Source: Monocercomonoides exilis PA203 (taxonomy: Eukaryota; Protista; Preaxostyla). From it: a DNA stretch of 64,000 nt. The DNA lies in contig LSRY02000018.1 in the NCBI GenBank assembly GCA_001643675.2, positions 1 through 64,000 on the forward strand. The letters are read 5' to 3'. The notes under the pieces were generated by a model. The model was not told the origin of the DNA and made no database searches. It saw only the letters and a program-made list of their open reading frames with translations. The translations under genes and the position numbers were made by a program. Positions 24,766 to 36,569 of this stretch are shown piece after piece (position 1 is the first letter of the stretch; each line of letters begins with the position of its first letter).

Positions 24766-25961
24766 ATGGTTTGAATATATTTATTTCTGCAATTCAAAAT
24801 TGTTATATTGCGCAATTTGCTAAACGAATTGTTATTGTCCATTCGGTGAAATTTTTTATGAAACAGCTTCTTGAACTTGGAAAAAAGCTCATGGGGGCCT
24901 TCAATAAACTGAATGATAGTTTTATTGTTAGCGATGAGGACATTGATGCTGTCATTCGTGAAGTTACAATGGCATTGCTTCAAGCTGATGTAAATGCTGT
25001 GTATGTTCAAAATCTTAAAAAAGAAATAAAAGAAGCTCTTGATCCCCAAAAAGTTGCAGATGGTGCTAATAAAAGGGATCTTGTTCGTAACGTTGTTATA
25101 CAATCACTTATCAAACTTGTCGATCCAGGGAAAGCGCCATATCAACCAAAAAAAGGTCATACAAACATAATTATGTTTGTTGGGTTACAGGGAAGTGGAA
25201 AAACAACTACAGTTGCAAAATTTGCACGTTACTACAAGAAAAGGGGATTTAAACCAGCAGTTGTATGCGCAGATACATTTAGAGCTGGTGCATTTGATCA
25301 ATTGAGGCAGAATGCAGCCAAAGTTGGTGTTCCATTCTTTGGTGATCCAGACGAAAAAGATCCACTTGCAATTGCAGAACGTGGTGTGAATCAACTGAAG
25401 AAAGACAAGTTTGACTTGATTGTCGTTGATACAAGTGGTCGTCACAAACAAAGTGCTGATTTGCTTGCTGAAATGGAGAAAGTTGCAGAGAGAATTAAGC
25501 CACAGGAAATCATATTGGTGATGGACTCGACAATCGGTGTGTTGATGAGCATTTATTATCTTTTGATTTGTAATTCATTATCTAACTGACTTTTATAAAA
25601 TCTCTGATTGCATTGTCAAATAATTATTAAAAAAAATTTTTTTACAATTAAAGGTCAATCTGCCTATGATCAAGCCAGTGGATTCAAAGCTGCTGTGTCA
25701 ATTGGAAGTGTCATCATCACAAAATTAGACGGACACGCAAAAGGAGGTGTGATTTATGTGATGTAACAATATTTCATTGTGTAATGATTATATCTGACGA
25801 TTTTTTTATACAATTAATGTATTTATTTTTCATTTATGATATTTCCAATTATTTTAATTGTTTTCTGAATAATATTTATTGTAATAATAATAATAATTAT
25901 TATTATTACTGTTTTTATTCTTTACAAACCTAAATCCATTATATAACTTTTTTTTTCTAAC

Positions 25962-26000
<39 letters not shown>

Positions 26001-27020
26001 TTAATCTCTATTCAGGTGGGGCGCTTGCTGCAGTAGCAGCCACCGGCTCTCCCATCACGTTCCTCGGTACAGGAGAAGACTTCGACTCCTTCCAGACATT
26101 CAACCCGGTCTCCTTTGTGTCTCGCCTGGTGGGCAGTGGAGATATACAAGGGATGGTGGAGAAGATAGAGTCAATGAACTTAATCAACAAGTCACCCGAG
26201 CTGATCGGCAATTTGGTGGGTGGAGAATTCTGCATGGCTGATCTGAGGGAGCTCTTTGAGATGTTCATCCAGGCAGGGCCGCTGAGCCAGATGATGGAGA
26301 TGTTCCCAGGGCAGATGGGGCGGATGTTTGAGGAGATGAAGGAGAAGACAGGGGGAGGCAGTGACAGAGACGCACAGAGCAGAATGAGGAACTTCATAAC
26401 CATTTTGGACTCGATGTCGAAGGACGAGCTGACCTCGACGAAGGCGCTGTCGACAGAGAGAGTGAGAAGAATAGCAAGAGGATCGGGACAGCCACTGGTG
26501 GTGTGTGGTGGAGAGAATGAATGATGGATTAAGGAGAGAGAGAGAAAGAGAGAGAAGAGAAGAGAGAGGAAATGGAAAAGGAGTAATATGAAATAATATG
26601 AATTTATTATTGTATTTTGTTGAGAGGTTAAGTGAATAATTGAGAGTTATTTTTATATTAATTATTTCATTATTATCACAATTATTCGCTAATCATTTAA
26701 TTCTGTCTTCCATTTATTTCATTTTGCATATTTTTCAATTTCTTTCTTTCTTTCTCTATCTCATCCAGGTTGTGCAACACTTGATGCTGAACTTCAAGAT
26801 GTTCAGCCGGATGGGCCAGGCGATGAAGAAGCTGATGCCAAAGGGAATGTCAATGAAGGAGTTTGCTGATTATAACCCGATGGAAGATGGGAAGCATATG
26901 ACACAGCAGCAGATGAAGGCGCTGCAGTCGATGATTCCAGTCGATGCGATGCGGCAGATGGGCGGAATGTCTGGGATGATGAACATGATGAAGCAGATGG
27001 CGAATATGAAGAAGAAGTAG
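24766..27020 (+). CDS. SRP54: Signal recognition particle 54 kDa GTPase
   Basis: Exons 24766-24768, 24867-25536, 25654-25746, 26016-26500, 26769-27020. [46 protein letters not shown] and a Met-rich M domain (RIARGSG). Confidence 0.97.
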
Positions 27021-27351
27021 AGGGAGGAGGAGAGGGAGAGAGAATTTATATGAGGATGTGAAGGAGGTTGAGTTATTTGAAGGAAGAAAGGTTCTGAAAG
27101 AAAAGAATTACAAAGGTGAAAGCTTCAAATAAATATAAAGGGCACTTCACGGCTATCGCGTTCAAAATGATTGTTTTAAAAATTTATAATTTTTTCATAA
27201 ATAGATTTTTATGTACTTTGTTGTTATGTCTTTGATCCTTTATTTGGATTTGACGTATTAACACGAGAGTTAAGATTCCCGCTATCTCTTTTCTTTGCTT
27301 CTTTTCTTATCATTACACCAAAAAAATAGTCAAAATGAGAAATTCAAAGCT

Positions 27352-29347
27352 ATGGACTTGTATCAAGTTAACCCTTTTCGAAAATTTTCCTTTATTCTGA
27401 ATCACCCATAATTATATTTCCATTATCTCATATATTGTTGTTGTACTGAATTTAAAAGGATATAATTTTTGCAAAAGTGGTTATGAGAAATATAAACAAT
27501 GATAAAAGAACTGCAACAACAAAAATAACATTTAATGAATTTTTCAAGACATTTTGCGCTCCAAAACAAACTCCGAAAATGGAAGATTCATTTATGGAAG
27601 CATTTCTTCGAGCAAAAAAAGAAAGATGCGCCATATTGATTTATTTTCATTGCGATGATCATATTCATACAGACAATTTTTGCTTGTGTGTTTTTGTTTT
27701 TTTTTTTCTCGAAAATTGATTGCACTTTTATTGAAATAATTATGCAAAAAATATTTTCATGTTAAGAAATACTCTTTGCGACAAGTCTTTTGTAGAATTT
27801 GTGGACAGAGAATGCGTGATGGTTGGAGTGAGCTCTTCTCCAAGTCTTCGCGTCAAAGCAGCTTCAAATTCCATATTTTCTTTCTTTCCTAAAAAAACGA
27901 GAGTTGTGAAATCTGATGATCTTCCTTTTGTGCAAAGTTTATATGTTCGAGGATATCCAGCTTTAATTGTTGCTGTTCCAGATGACAGAAAACTGATCTT
28001 TCTCGAATCATTTTTTGGCTATTATGAACCTGAATACTTGATTGAACGAATAAAACACTCAATTGAAGCTTACGTTAATATTAAACTTAATCAATTTCAA
28101 GAAATGTTTGCTGTTTTCAATTTATTTCGAGTATTGAAAAAACAAATTTTCACAATATTTCTTGCTCATTTGTTGAATGAATCAATTCTTATTTCCTGTA
28201 CAATACTTTCAGGAATACAGCGAATGAATCAGTACGCTTGCGCATGGAGCAGGATGAAGAATACGAAAGAACAAGAGCAATGGATGAAATGAGAGAGAAG
28301 GAAAGAGAATTAAAAGAAAAAGAGGAACAAGAGAAAGAAAGAATGATTTTAATTGAAAAAGAAAGAAAAAGGCGAAAGAAAGAAGAACGCTTGCGCAGAA
28401 GAATGGAGAGAAGAGAGGTCAGCTTCACTTTGTTTATAATGAGATGATGCTAATTGAATTGCTTTTCCTTATTTATTTGTTAACTTCTAATTTATTGAAA
28501 CATCAGAAAATAATAAAAGCAATTAAAGAAAGCAAAGCGCTTCTTCCAGAAGCACCTTCGTCTGATTCACCTGACACAATAACAATCTCCTTTGCCTTTA
28601 CAAGCAGTCCATTTTCATCAGAATGTTTGTCAATAAATGTTAACCAATTGATCATTTGCATTTTTTGAAGTGAAATATTTTCGTTGAATGTATTTTTTTT
28701 TTTCATATTTTTGTGTTTTGCATTTGCAGTGAAGATTAATAGCTTTCAATTTATTCTTTGACTTGTTAATGATTTTATAAAATTTAATTTAATTATTTAA
28801 AAATTCATTATTAACAATTTATTATTATTATTATTATTATTTCTCCCAAATTCCCTCAGCCCTCCCCTCTCCCCCGCCGGCAAACCGGGTTGTCCGCACA
28901 TTCAACAAGAACACAGACACACTTCTGTCTCTTCTCCACTTCATTCAGTCGCTTGGCTTCCTCATCCAATCACACTCTCTTTCGCAGCTGTATCCAAGCA
29001 GGGTGTTGTTTTCGCCTTTGGAAGAAGAAGAGGAGGGAGAAGAAGAAGAGGGAGAGGAAGAAGAAAGAGAAGGAGAAAGTGGAAGGAGAATGAAGGAGGA
29101 AGGAAAAATAAAAGGAAAAGATGATGATGATGATGATGATGATGAGAAAATGATGAAAGTTCTGTTTCAGAAGTACAAAGTTAATCAACGTTTGTGCGAT
29201 TTCGGGTTTGATTCGCGAAGAGAAGCACTGATTGTTAAGAGAGAGTTGCAAGATGAAGAGGAAGAAGAGGAAGAGGAAGAGGAAGAGGAAGATGAGGAAG
29301 AAGAAGAAGAAAAGAAAGAGGAAAAAGAAGAAAAGAAAGAAAAATAG
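27352..29347 (+). CDS. UAS-coiled coil-UBX p97/Cdc48 adaptor (FAF2/UBXD8-like), multi-exon
   Basis: UAS: SFMEAFLRAKKERCAILIYFHCDDH...FC/RNTLCD; RLRMEQDEEYER coiled coil; LPEAP; UBX RVVRTFNKNTDTLLSLLHFI...LYPSRVL...RLCDFGF..REALIV. Start approximate. Confidence 0.85.
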
Positions 29348-30027
29348 GAAAAAAAACATTTCTGTAAAGAAGAAAAGGAAAAAGAGAACGAAAAAAACGA
29401 AAAAGAAGAAGAGAAAGAAAGAAAGAAAGAATACACAGAAGAGAATATTATCAAAGGAGTTTTTTCAATGAATCCAAAAAGTTGAGCAAATCTTGTTATC
29501 AATTGTTGAAGAAATTTTCTTTATATAAAATTCCTTCATGAAAAGATTCTGATGATAGAAATGGATGCTTTGCTTGAACTTTAAACATATTTCAGCTCAA
29601 CTTCTGTTCACAAGAATTTATTTGTGAAAAGGAAAAACTTTCATTCAACATATTCATGTGTGAGTATTATGTTTTGCAAATCGCAATTTTAAGCAGCTTT
29701 GATCAGTGCAAAAGTAATATTGATTCGTTTTATTTGTCTCCGTTTCTTCCGTCTTATTATTACTATTTTTATTTCCAATTCATTTTCTAAATTGCGTTGA
29801 AATTTCTTTTTGTTTCACATATTTAGTTTTTTATTCAAATATCAATGAATAACAGCTTAAAAAACATTCATATATCAACATTATATCTCGTCTGAAATGA
29901 TAATTAATATTGAAAAAATTCTATATGTGTAATGTGGAATTTTGAATTTGAATATCATCCATTCATAAATAATGTCGAATTATATTTATTATATCTATTC
30001 TGATCTTTTTATTGTTTATTGTTTGCG

Positions 30028-32256
30028 ATGACTGCTTTATGCGTTTTGTTTTTAAGTTCATTAATTATTTGTGAGGACTCTTTCAAACATTTATCTGAAC
30101 CAATCATCCTGCAAGATAACGATGAATTAAATTATCGACTTTTGCTTCAACAAAGTTTGCGTGCTCTCAGGCAACAAAAGGCAAACAATGAATTTGCAAA
30201 TTTGAACGAACGTAAAAATACGATTCTTGATAGATACTCATTGGAGAATGATAAACCTTTATTTTCTGTGCACAATTCATCTCTCTTATTAATGGATTCA
30301 ACACTTTTGCCAAGCAGGCTTCAAGAGATGATTCTAATTGATGAATCTTCAAGCGTCCATATTGAAAGATGTTGCATAGCCGCATTTTCTACAATGCATT
30401 CATCATTCAAAATGAAAAAAGGGAAACTTCATTTGAGCAATATTTCGATATCTTTTTCGGGAGCTACAAACTTGAATCATGTCACAGATGGGATTTTAAA
30501 GGGTGGAGAATTGCTTCTTGAGCAAAGCAATATTATTAATTGTGTGGCAAATGGAATTGGCAGCATTCTATGTAACCGAAACATTGAAAATGTTGTAATT
30601 GAAAAATGCAACTTTTTGAATGTTACTCAATCTTCGAACTTTGCTTTAGAAACAATTGCCGCACAACCATTCTGTGTTAACATTGAGAATTCACAAATGC
30701 GAAATTCGCAAAACTTTTACGAGGGAGCTTTTGTAGATGGAACAATGGCCAAGTCATTGATAATATTTAATTGCTCCATAACTAATGGACTGAGAACAAA
30801 AAACACAAATAAACAACGTATTGTTGTTAAACCAGACTATTCTTTTTCATTTTCAGACTTTATGGATTGCGTTGGAGAACGAGTTAGTGGAGGTGCTATT
30901 TATTTAATGGGTGAAGGTCAATTGAATATTAGCAATTGCACATTTCAAAACTGCAGCAACACTGGAATCAATAACCCAGGAGGCACAATTGCAACTCAAA
31001 CCGGGAAGAACGTATTGAGGATTGATTATTCAAACATTTCACTTGGGCGTAGCGAATTCTCAGGAGGAGGAGTTTATGTGTGCGGAAAGCTGAGCTTGAA
31101 ATACAGCCATTTCAACAATTGTTCGTGTGGTGGCGGCAATGGAGGTGCGTTGGCAATGCCAAATGTCACATCTTTCTCGGAGGTGTACGATGTAAAGTTT
31201 GAAAACAACGATGCATTGAGTTTTTCTAATGGAGGAGCAGTTTATTTCGGACACTTGTCAAGCGGAGTGAATATAACCAGTTGTACCTTCGCACACAACT
31301 CGGCTTATCAACATGGCGGTGCGTTATACTTTTATGGTGATGCATCTATGTTTTCAGTGTACGAACACGTATACTTTTCTTCAGTGGAATTCTCGTACAA
31401 CACACTGATAAGTGGAAATCAAGGAAATGATGTATATTTCAACGATGATTACTACAGCATCATTACCTACAGCTCATTTTTCAGCACCACCTCGAAATCA
31501 TCTGCATATCGCGTGTACAGCGAGAAGTCAGGCAACTGCGACAGTTACATAACTTACACTTCAACCAATTCAGATGTCGCTGCAACACTTCCTGGATGGG
31601 TAATTGCTGTGATTGTCATCTCAATCATATCTGTCATTGCAATCCCCTTAATATTCGTGATTCTCTGCTGCTGCGGCTGCATATGCGCTACGCGTCGTTC
31701 CTCCACTGCAGGCACATCATCTTACATGCCAGTTGCAACGCCCCAGTCGTCTGTAGTTGTGGTGCAAGGATACGGCACCCAACAACAACCTCCTCCTCCC
31801 AACATGCAGATGAACAAAAGCTACACACCACAAGGGCCAGGATACCAGCAGCCAATGCAGGGATACCAGGCTGATCCTCTTGTCTCCTCCAACGGGAGCC
31901 TATCAAACTCTCAGAACGTTGCATTCTCCCAACCCCAGATGCCGCAGCAGCTTCCCCAGCAGCAGACACAGTATGTCCCGGCCGGGGCGAATGCATACAG
32001 CCAGCAAGGCTATGCTACCACCCAGAGCTACGAGCAGCAGCCCTATGTGCAACAAGGGCAAGGAATGGGTTACAGCACTGCCCCTGCCATTGGCATGCCG
32101 TCGCAGGATTCGATGCACTATTCTGCAGGCTCGACGTATCAGCAGATGCCGTATGGTGCACCAGCAGGCTATAACCAGATGCCTCCACAGCAACAGGGCT
32201 ACATGCAGCAGCCAGACGATGCACGGGCAATGAATGCATCGGATAAAGTGGAGTAG
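30028..32256 (+). CDS. Type I membrane protein with beta-helix (Pmp-like GGAI/FxxN) ectodomain and Gln/Pro/Tyr-rich tail
   Basis: Single ORF; signal peptide; SGGAIY, GGGVY, NGGAL, NGGAVY, HGGALY repeats; TM followed by CCCGCIC; QPY-rich cytoplasmic tail. Confidence 0.88.
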   Translation: MTALCVLFLSSLIICEDSFKHLSEPIILQDNDELNYRLLLQQSLRALRQQKANNEFANLNERKNTILDRYSLENDKPLFSVHNSSLLLMDSTLLPSRLQEMILIDESSSVHIERCCIAAFSTMHSSFKMKKGKLHLSNISISFSGATNLNHVTDGILKGGELLLEQSNIINCVANGIGSILCNRNIENVVIEKCNFLNVTQSSNFALETIAAQPFCVNIENSQMRNSQNFYEGAFVDGTMAKSLIIFNCSITNGLRTKNTNKQRIVVKPDYSFSFSDFMDCVGERVSGGAIYLMGEGQLNISNCTFQNCSNTGINNPGGTIATQTGKNVLRIDYSNISLGRSEFSGGGVYVCGKLSLKYSHFNNCSCGGGNGGALAMPNVTSFSEVYDVKFENNDALSFSNGGAVYFGHLSSGVNITSCTFAHNSAYQHGGALYFYGDASMFSVYEHVYFSSVEFSYNTLISGNQGNDVYFNDDYYSIITYSSFFSTTSKSSAYRVYSEKSGNCDSYITYTSTNSDVAATLPGWVIAVIVISIISVIAIPLIFVILCCCGCICATRRSSTAGTSSYMPVATPQSSVVVVQGYGTQQQPPPPNMQMNKSYTPQGPGYQQPMQGYQADPLVSSNGSLSNSQNVAFSQPQMPQQLPQQQTQYVPAGANAYSQQGYATTQSYEQQPYVQQGQGMGYSTAPAIGMPSQDSMHYSAGSTYQQMPYGAPAGYNQMPPQQQGYMQQPDDARAMNASDKVE

Positions 32257-33147
32257 TTGTTTCTGTTGGTGTTCTATTGATTGGAGCTTATTTTATTTCA
32301 AAAAAAATGACAGATCAAAGACTTTTGAAGCTGTTTTTATCGCAAATTTGTTGTTTGAGGATTCAGATGAAATGGTTCTGTTTTTAAATTAAAGAAGAGA
32401 ATTTTCACACAACATCTTGTACAGTGTATTTTTCCTTTGTTTTGTGTTATTTGAAAAGTGAACGCAATTTCTCTAGAGAAATACATTAAGTCTATGCTTT
32501 TTTCATTTATTGAATTGTGAGCTCAAATTATTCTCAAATTATTTTTATATCATTTTCACATTGTGTAAATTGATTTTTGAGAGTTAAAATTATTTATTTT
32601 AATAATAATTATTTCCTTCTCTATTATAATAAGAGGAATGAGCGTTTCATGTACTTTCATTAGATTATTCCTTTCAGTGAATTGACTTTTTGATTCCTGA
32701 TTAATAATCTTATTTATTTTTATTTTTTTTTTTTAATTATTCCACAACATTGTATTTGATTTTAACAGATAAATAAAACCATACTAGAGAATAAAATTAA
32801 TAATATTCTCATGAAGTTTGAGTTGCATTATAAAATTATGCGTTGAAAAGGAGAACAAATATTAAAATATAAGAATTTTCTTTTCACCTTTTCTATTTTA
32901 CACTCTGAATGAACATTGTTTATTGTAAAAAAAAATTAAAAAGACCGAAATTTATTTCAAAAAATTGATTGGATAATGCTTATTATCATTGAAAACTATT
33001 ATTCAAATAAAAGATAAAAATGATATTCGCATAATTGGATGATCATCCCGCAACAAATAACAGCAAGAAATTTATTTTCTTTTATAATCCATTTAACATC
33101 TTATAAAGTAAGTATAATTGCTTTAGTCTTCTTTATATACCCGTTAG

Positions 33148-35435
33148 ATGGAATGCCCAAATTGCAATGAAATTATAACGACAAACTTCAATCTTCATGT
33201 GAATTTTTGCCAAAGAAATCGAATAAAATGCCCCAAATGCAATAGAGCCGTCCTGAAAAATGTTTGCTGAATTTTAATTTTTTTAACAATTCGTTCTATT
33301 TTTTTAACGTAGGAATTAGAGCAGCATTTGAAAGATGAACATTATTTAGTTTGAGACTTTTATTCTAAATTTTTCCTTTTCGGTCAATGTGGTTTTTTTT
33401 TTTATCTTCATAACATTTTTCATATATAGGAAAAATGCGGTCTTTGTGGGTTGGAGGTAGATCATTTCTTTTTGGAAAAACACAAGTCAGATGATTGCGA
33501 AAACAGAGTTATTGGGCGATGCCCTTATTGCGATATTGATTTGTTTCCTCATTCGCCTAAAGATCACGTAGAGGAATGCGGAAACAGAACGGATTTGTGT
33601 GAAACGTGCAATCAACGTGTTAAATTAAAAGGTACATATGATTTCAAATTATTATAAATGTTTATTTAAATTTATAAATTGTAGATATGCTGCTCCATGT
33701 TGCATCTAATTGCAAGGAACATGTTTTGAATAAGCCCGTTGAAAGACCAAGACAAAATCGAGAAAGTTGGTCCTTACAAGGATGTTCATTCATTTGTCCT
33801 TTATGCGACGGTTGTGAGAACGAAAATGCAGCAGAAGTAATGAAGCACATAAAAAGTGAATGCGAATTGAGGGATTTTGTTCTTGAGTGGGCAGAAGAAA
33901 ACGGGAGGTTCCCACTTCCTGTCCCTGTCAGACGCACATCAACCAGAAATCGCTTTGGTACTATACAAAACACATTTGAGCGTATGCCGGATGAGTTGAT
34001 AAAAAAACACGAGAAAGAAATACAAAAGCTGGTTATGGAGCATTTCGATGGCTCGCCTTCAAACAATTTCAGAGAAAAAGAAGAAGAAGAAGAAGATGAT
34101 GATGATGATGATGACGGAGATGAAGAAGATAGAATGAATGCCTTTTTAATGAGAAAAGATAATTCTTTTGCTTATTCAGGTGAGATAAATGAGGAAGAAC
34201 ACAGCGAAGAGAGGAAGATAATACCTGCTGAAAAAGAATACGAAATGATGCAACAAGAGCTAAGGATGATCCAGGAGATAAGTCGAGCTGAGCTGCAGAA
34301 TCTGAGAAGGGAAAAAGAGTTTGAAAGAAAGAGGGAAAGAGAAAGAGAAAGAGAAAGAGAAAAGGAAAAGGAAAAAGAAAGTGAAAGAAAGAGGAGCAAT
34401 TACTCATCCATAGGCTACCAAGAAGAAGAGGCAGCGGATCATATTCAGTTCCAGCAGCAGTTCATGCAGAAGAGAGAGAGGGAAAGAAGCAGCGAAAACG
34501 AAAGGGCTGATTGGATGCTTTCACAGGCAGAGCGCATTTTCAGCGAGATTCAGAGGAAAAGGAATGAAGGCCAGGAAATGCGTGGGATAAGAGGCATTCG
34601 AGGCATTTCACCATTCGAAAATGGCGAGGAAGATAACATTGAATACGAAGAAGACAAAAATATCAGGGAAATTGAAGAGTATCTTGCACAGCTCATTCAG
34701 AAAGGGAGAAAAGAAGAGGAAGAAAGAGGAAGAAGGGAAAGCGATGATTTTACAGAGAGGATAGAGAGAGAAGAAAGAGAAGAGAAGAGAGAAAGAGAAG
34801 AGAAGCAAAAAAGGGAAGAAATGGAAGAGAAAGCCAAAATAGCGCGAGAGATGGGAATGACAGTGGAAGAATATATCGAAGCGCTGCAAGCAGAAAAGGA
34901 GTTGTATTCGACAAAGGAAAGAGAAGGAGCATCGCAAAGAGAAGGAGAATTTGAAGTGCCTGTTGTTGTCCACAAGGAAAAAGAAGGAAGCAAAAGGGAG
35001 AGAAACAGCCGTTTGAGACAACAACAGAAGATGGCAGTGAATTCGGCAAGTGCTCCTTCGAAGTTTCTCGATGGGCTTTCAATGCAATCTGCATCTCAGC
35101 CACGTCAGCTTCCATTTCATCCTTCTGCTTCTGCTTCTGCTTCTGCTCCTTCCACTTCATCACAACTTTCGTCTGCATCTTCTTCTTCCTCCTCCTCTTC
35201 ATCTTCGCCTTCATTTTCATCATCATCTTCGTCTTCATCATCATCTTCTTCTTCTTCTTCATCGTCGTCTCCATTGTCATCTTCTTCATCTTCTTCTTCA
35301 TCTTCTTCTTCATCTTCTTCTTCATCTTCTCTGCACAATTCATTCGAAGCACTACACAACCAGCTGTTCTTTCGTGATGCTATTTTTGAATCTGCGCTTG
35401 CTTTTGAAGATGCAATGGAAGAGATGTTTGGGTAA
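33148..35435 (+). CDS. TRAF-type zinc finger protein (XAF1/TRAFD1-like N-terminus) with charged and Ser-rich C-terminus
   Basis: Spliced MECPNCNE...LHVNFCQRNRIKCPKC.../ELEQHLKDEH/EKCGLC...HKSDDCENR..CPYC...DHVEECGNRTDLCETC; three short introns; 3' end uncertain. Confidence 0.8.
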
Positions 35436-36569
35436 ATGAAATTAATTTTTTTGAAGAAATTGCTCATTTTGTGATTGTTATTACTATGATTATTGTTGTT
35501 TTTGTCTAAAGCTTCCTATGTTTGAATATCTGATGAATGGAATTAACAAATGAATAATCAAAATTATTGAACAATTTGCAATTTGAAAAATAATTAAAAT
35601 ATTGCTATTTATTTATTTCACATTTAGCTTCGTTTCATTGGTTCCTTTGTGAGCGTCCAATGAACGAAGATTTGGCATTTCATATTTTTGCTTTCTTTTT
35701 TATGTTTAGTAAATAATTTGATTGAAATTCTTCTTCCATTTGTTTTTTAGATAAAACTCCGTTCATTTGAACTTTCAAGAGAGTTCAAATGATTATCAGG
35801 GTTCATCTTATAAAAGTGATTACAACATTAAAATGCAGTATTTTTTGAGGAATCTTATGAATAACTTTTTCAAATTAAATCTTCAACTATCATAATTTAT
35901 ATAAATTTCTGATAATTGTTTGTTTTTGATGTTGAAATAAAAATTTTCAACAAATTAATTTCACATAATTCTATTGATGTTCAACTGGAAATCCATTGGC
36001 AGTTATAACAATAATGAATGAAATAAAACGCATAAACTGAAATGACTGCGAAAATAAACTGAAACATTCATTCATAAAAAATAATGAAAATCATTGAAAA
36101 TCTCAAAAATTCAAAATTAAAAATTAAGCAATTAAATAAAACGCCTTTGCACTCAAAGACAAAAAATCAAATCAAATCAAATTAAATCAAAAATAAATCA
36201 TTCAAAAATGAAACTTTTTTGAAAGAAAACAAAAAAATGATAAAAAAAGTCAAAAAATTCCAATAAAAAAAATTTCCATTTCAAAACTTTTGAACACAAT
36301 CAACAGATGTCAACCAAAATATTAAGAAAAAACAAGAAAAAGCTCACAAATCAATCATTTTTTCCTTTTTAAAGAAAAAAAACATTGATTTTCACATTCA
36401 CATTCAACAAATTATCAGACAAAAATTCTTTGGACAACACAAAAATTTCCAGTAATGTTACCTCAAATCAATTTCCGATCAGCTCATGCACCTAATGCAA
36501 TTTTAAAAAAATAAGGTATTTTCAAATGAACTGGAAGAAAACAATCGTTTTGCCTGTTTTATTTTGTAT

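Noticed and set aside
24735-24866. N-terminal extension of SRP54 in the ORF track
   Set aside because: Better explained by a GTTTG...CAG intron (24769-24866) after the ATG, giving MLLELGKKL, like the conserved SRP54 start.
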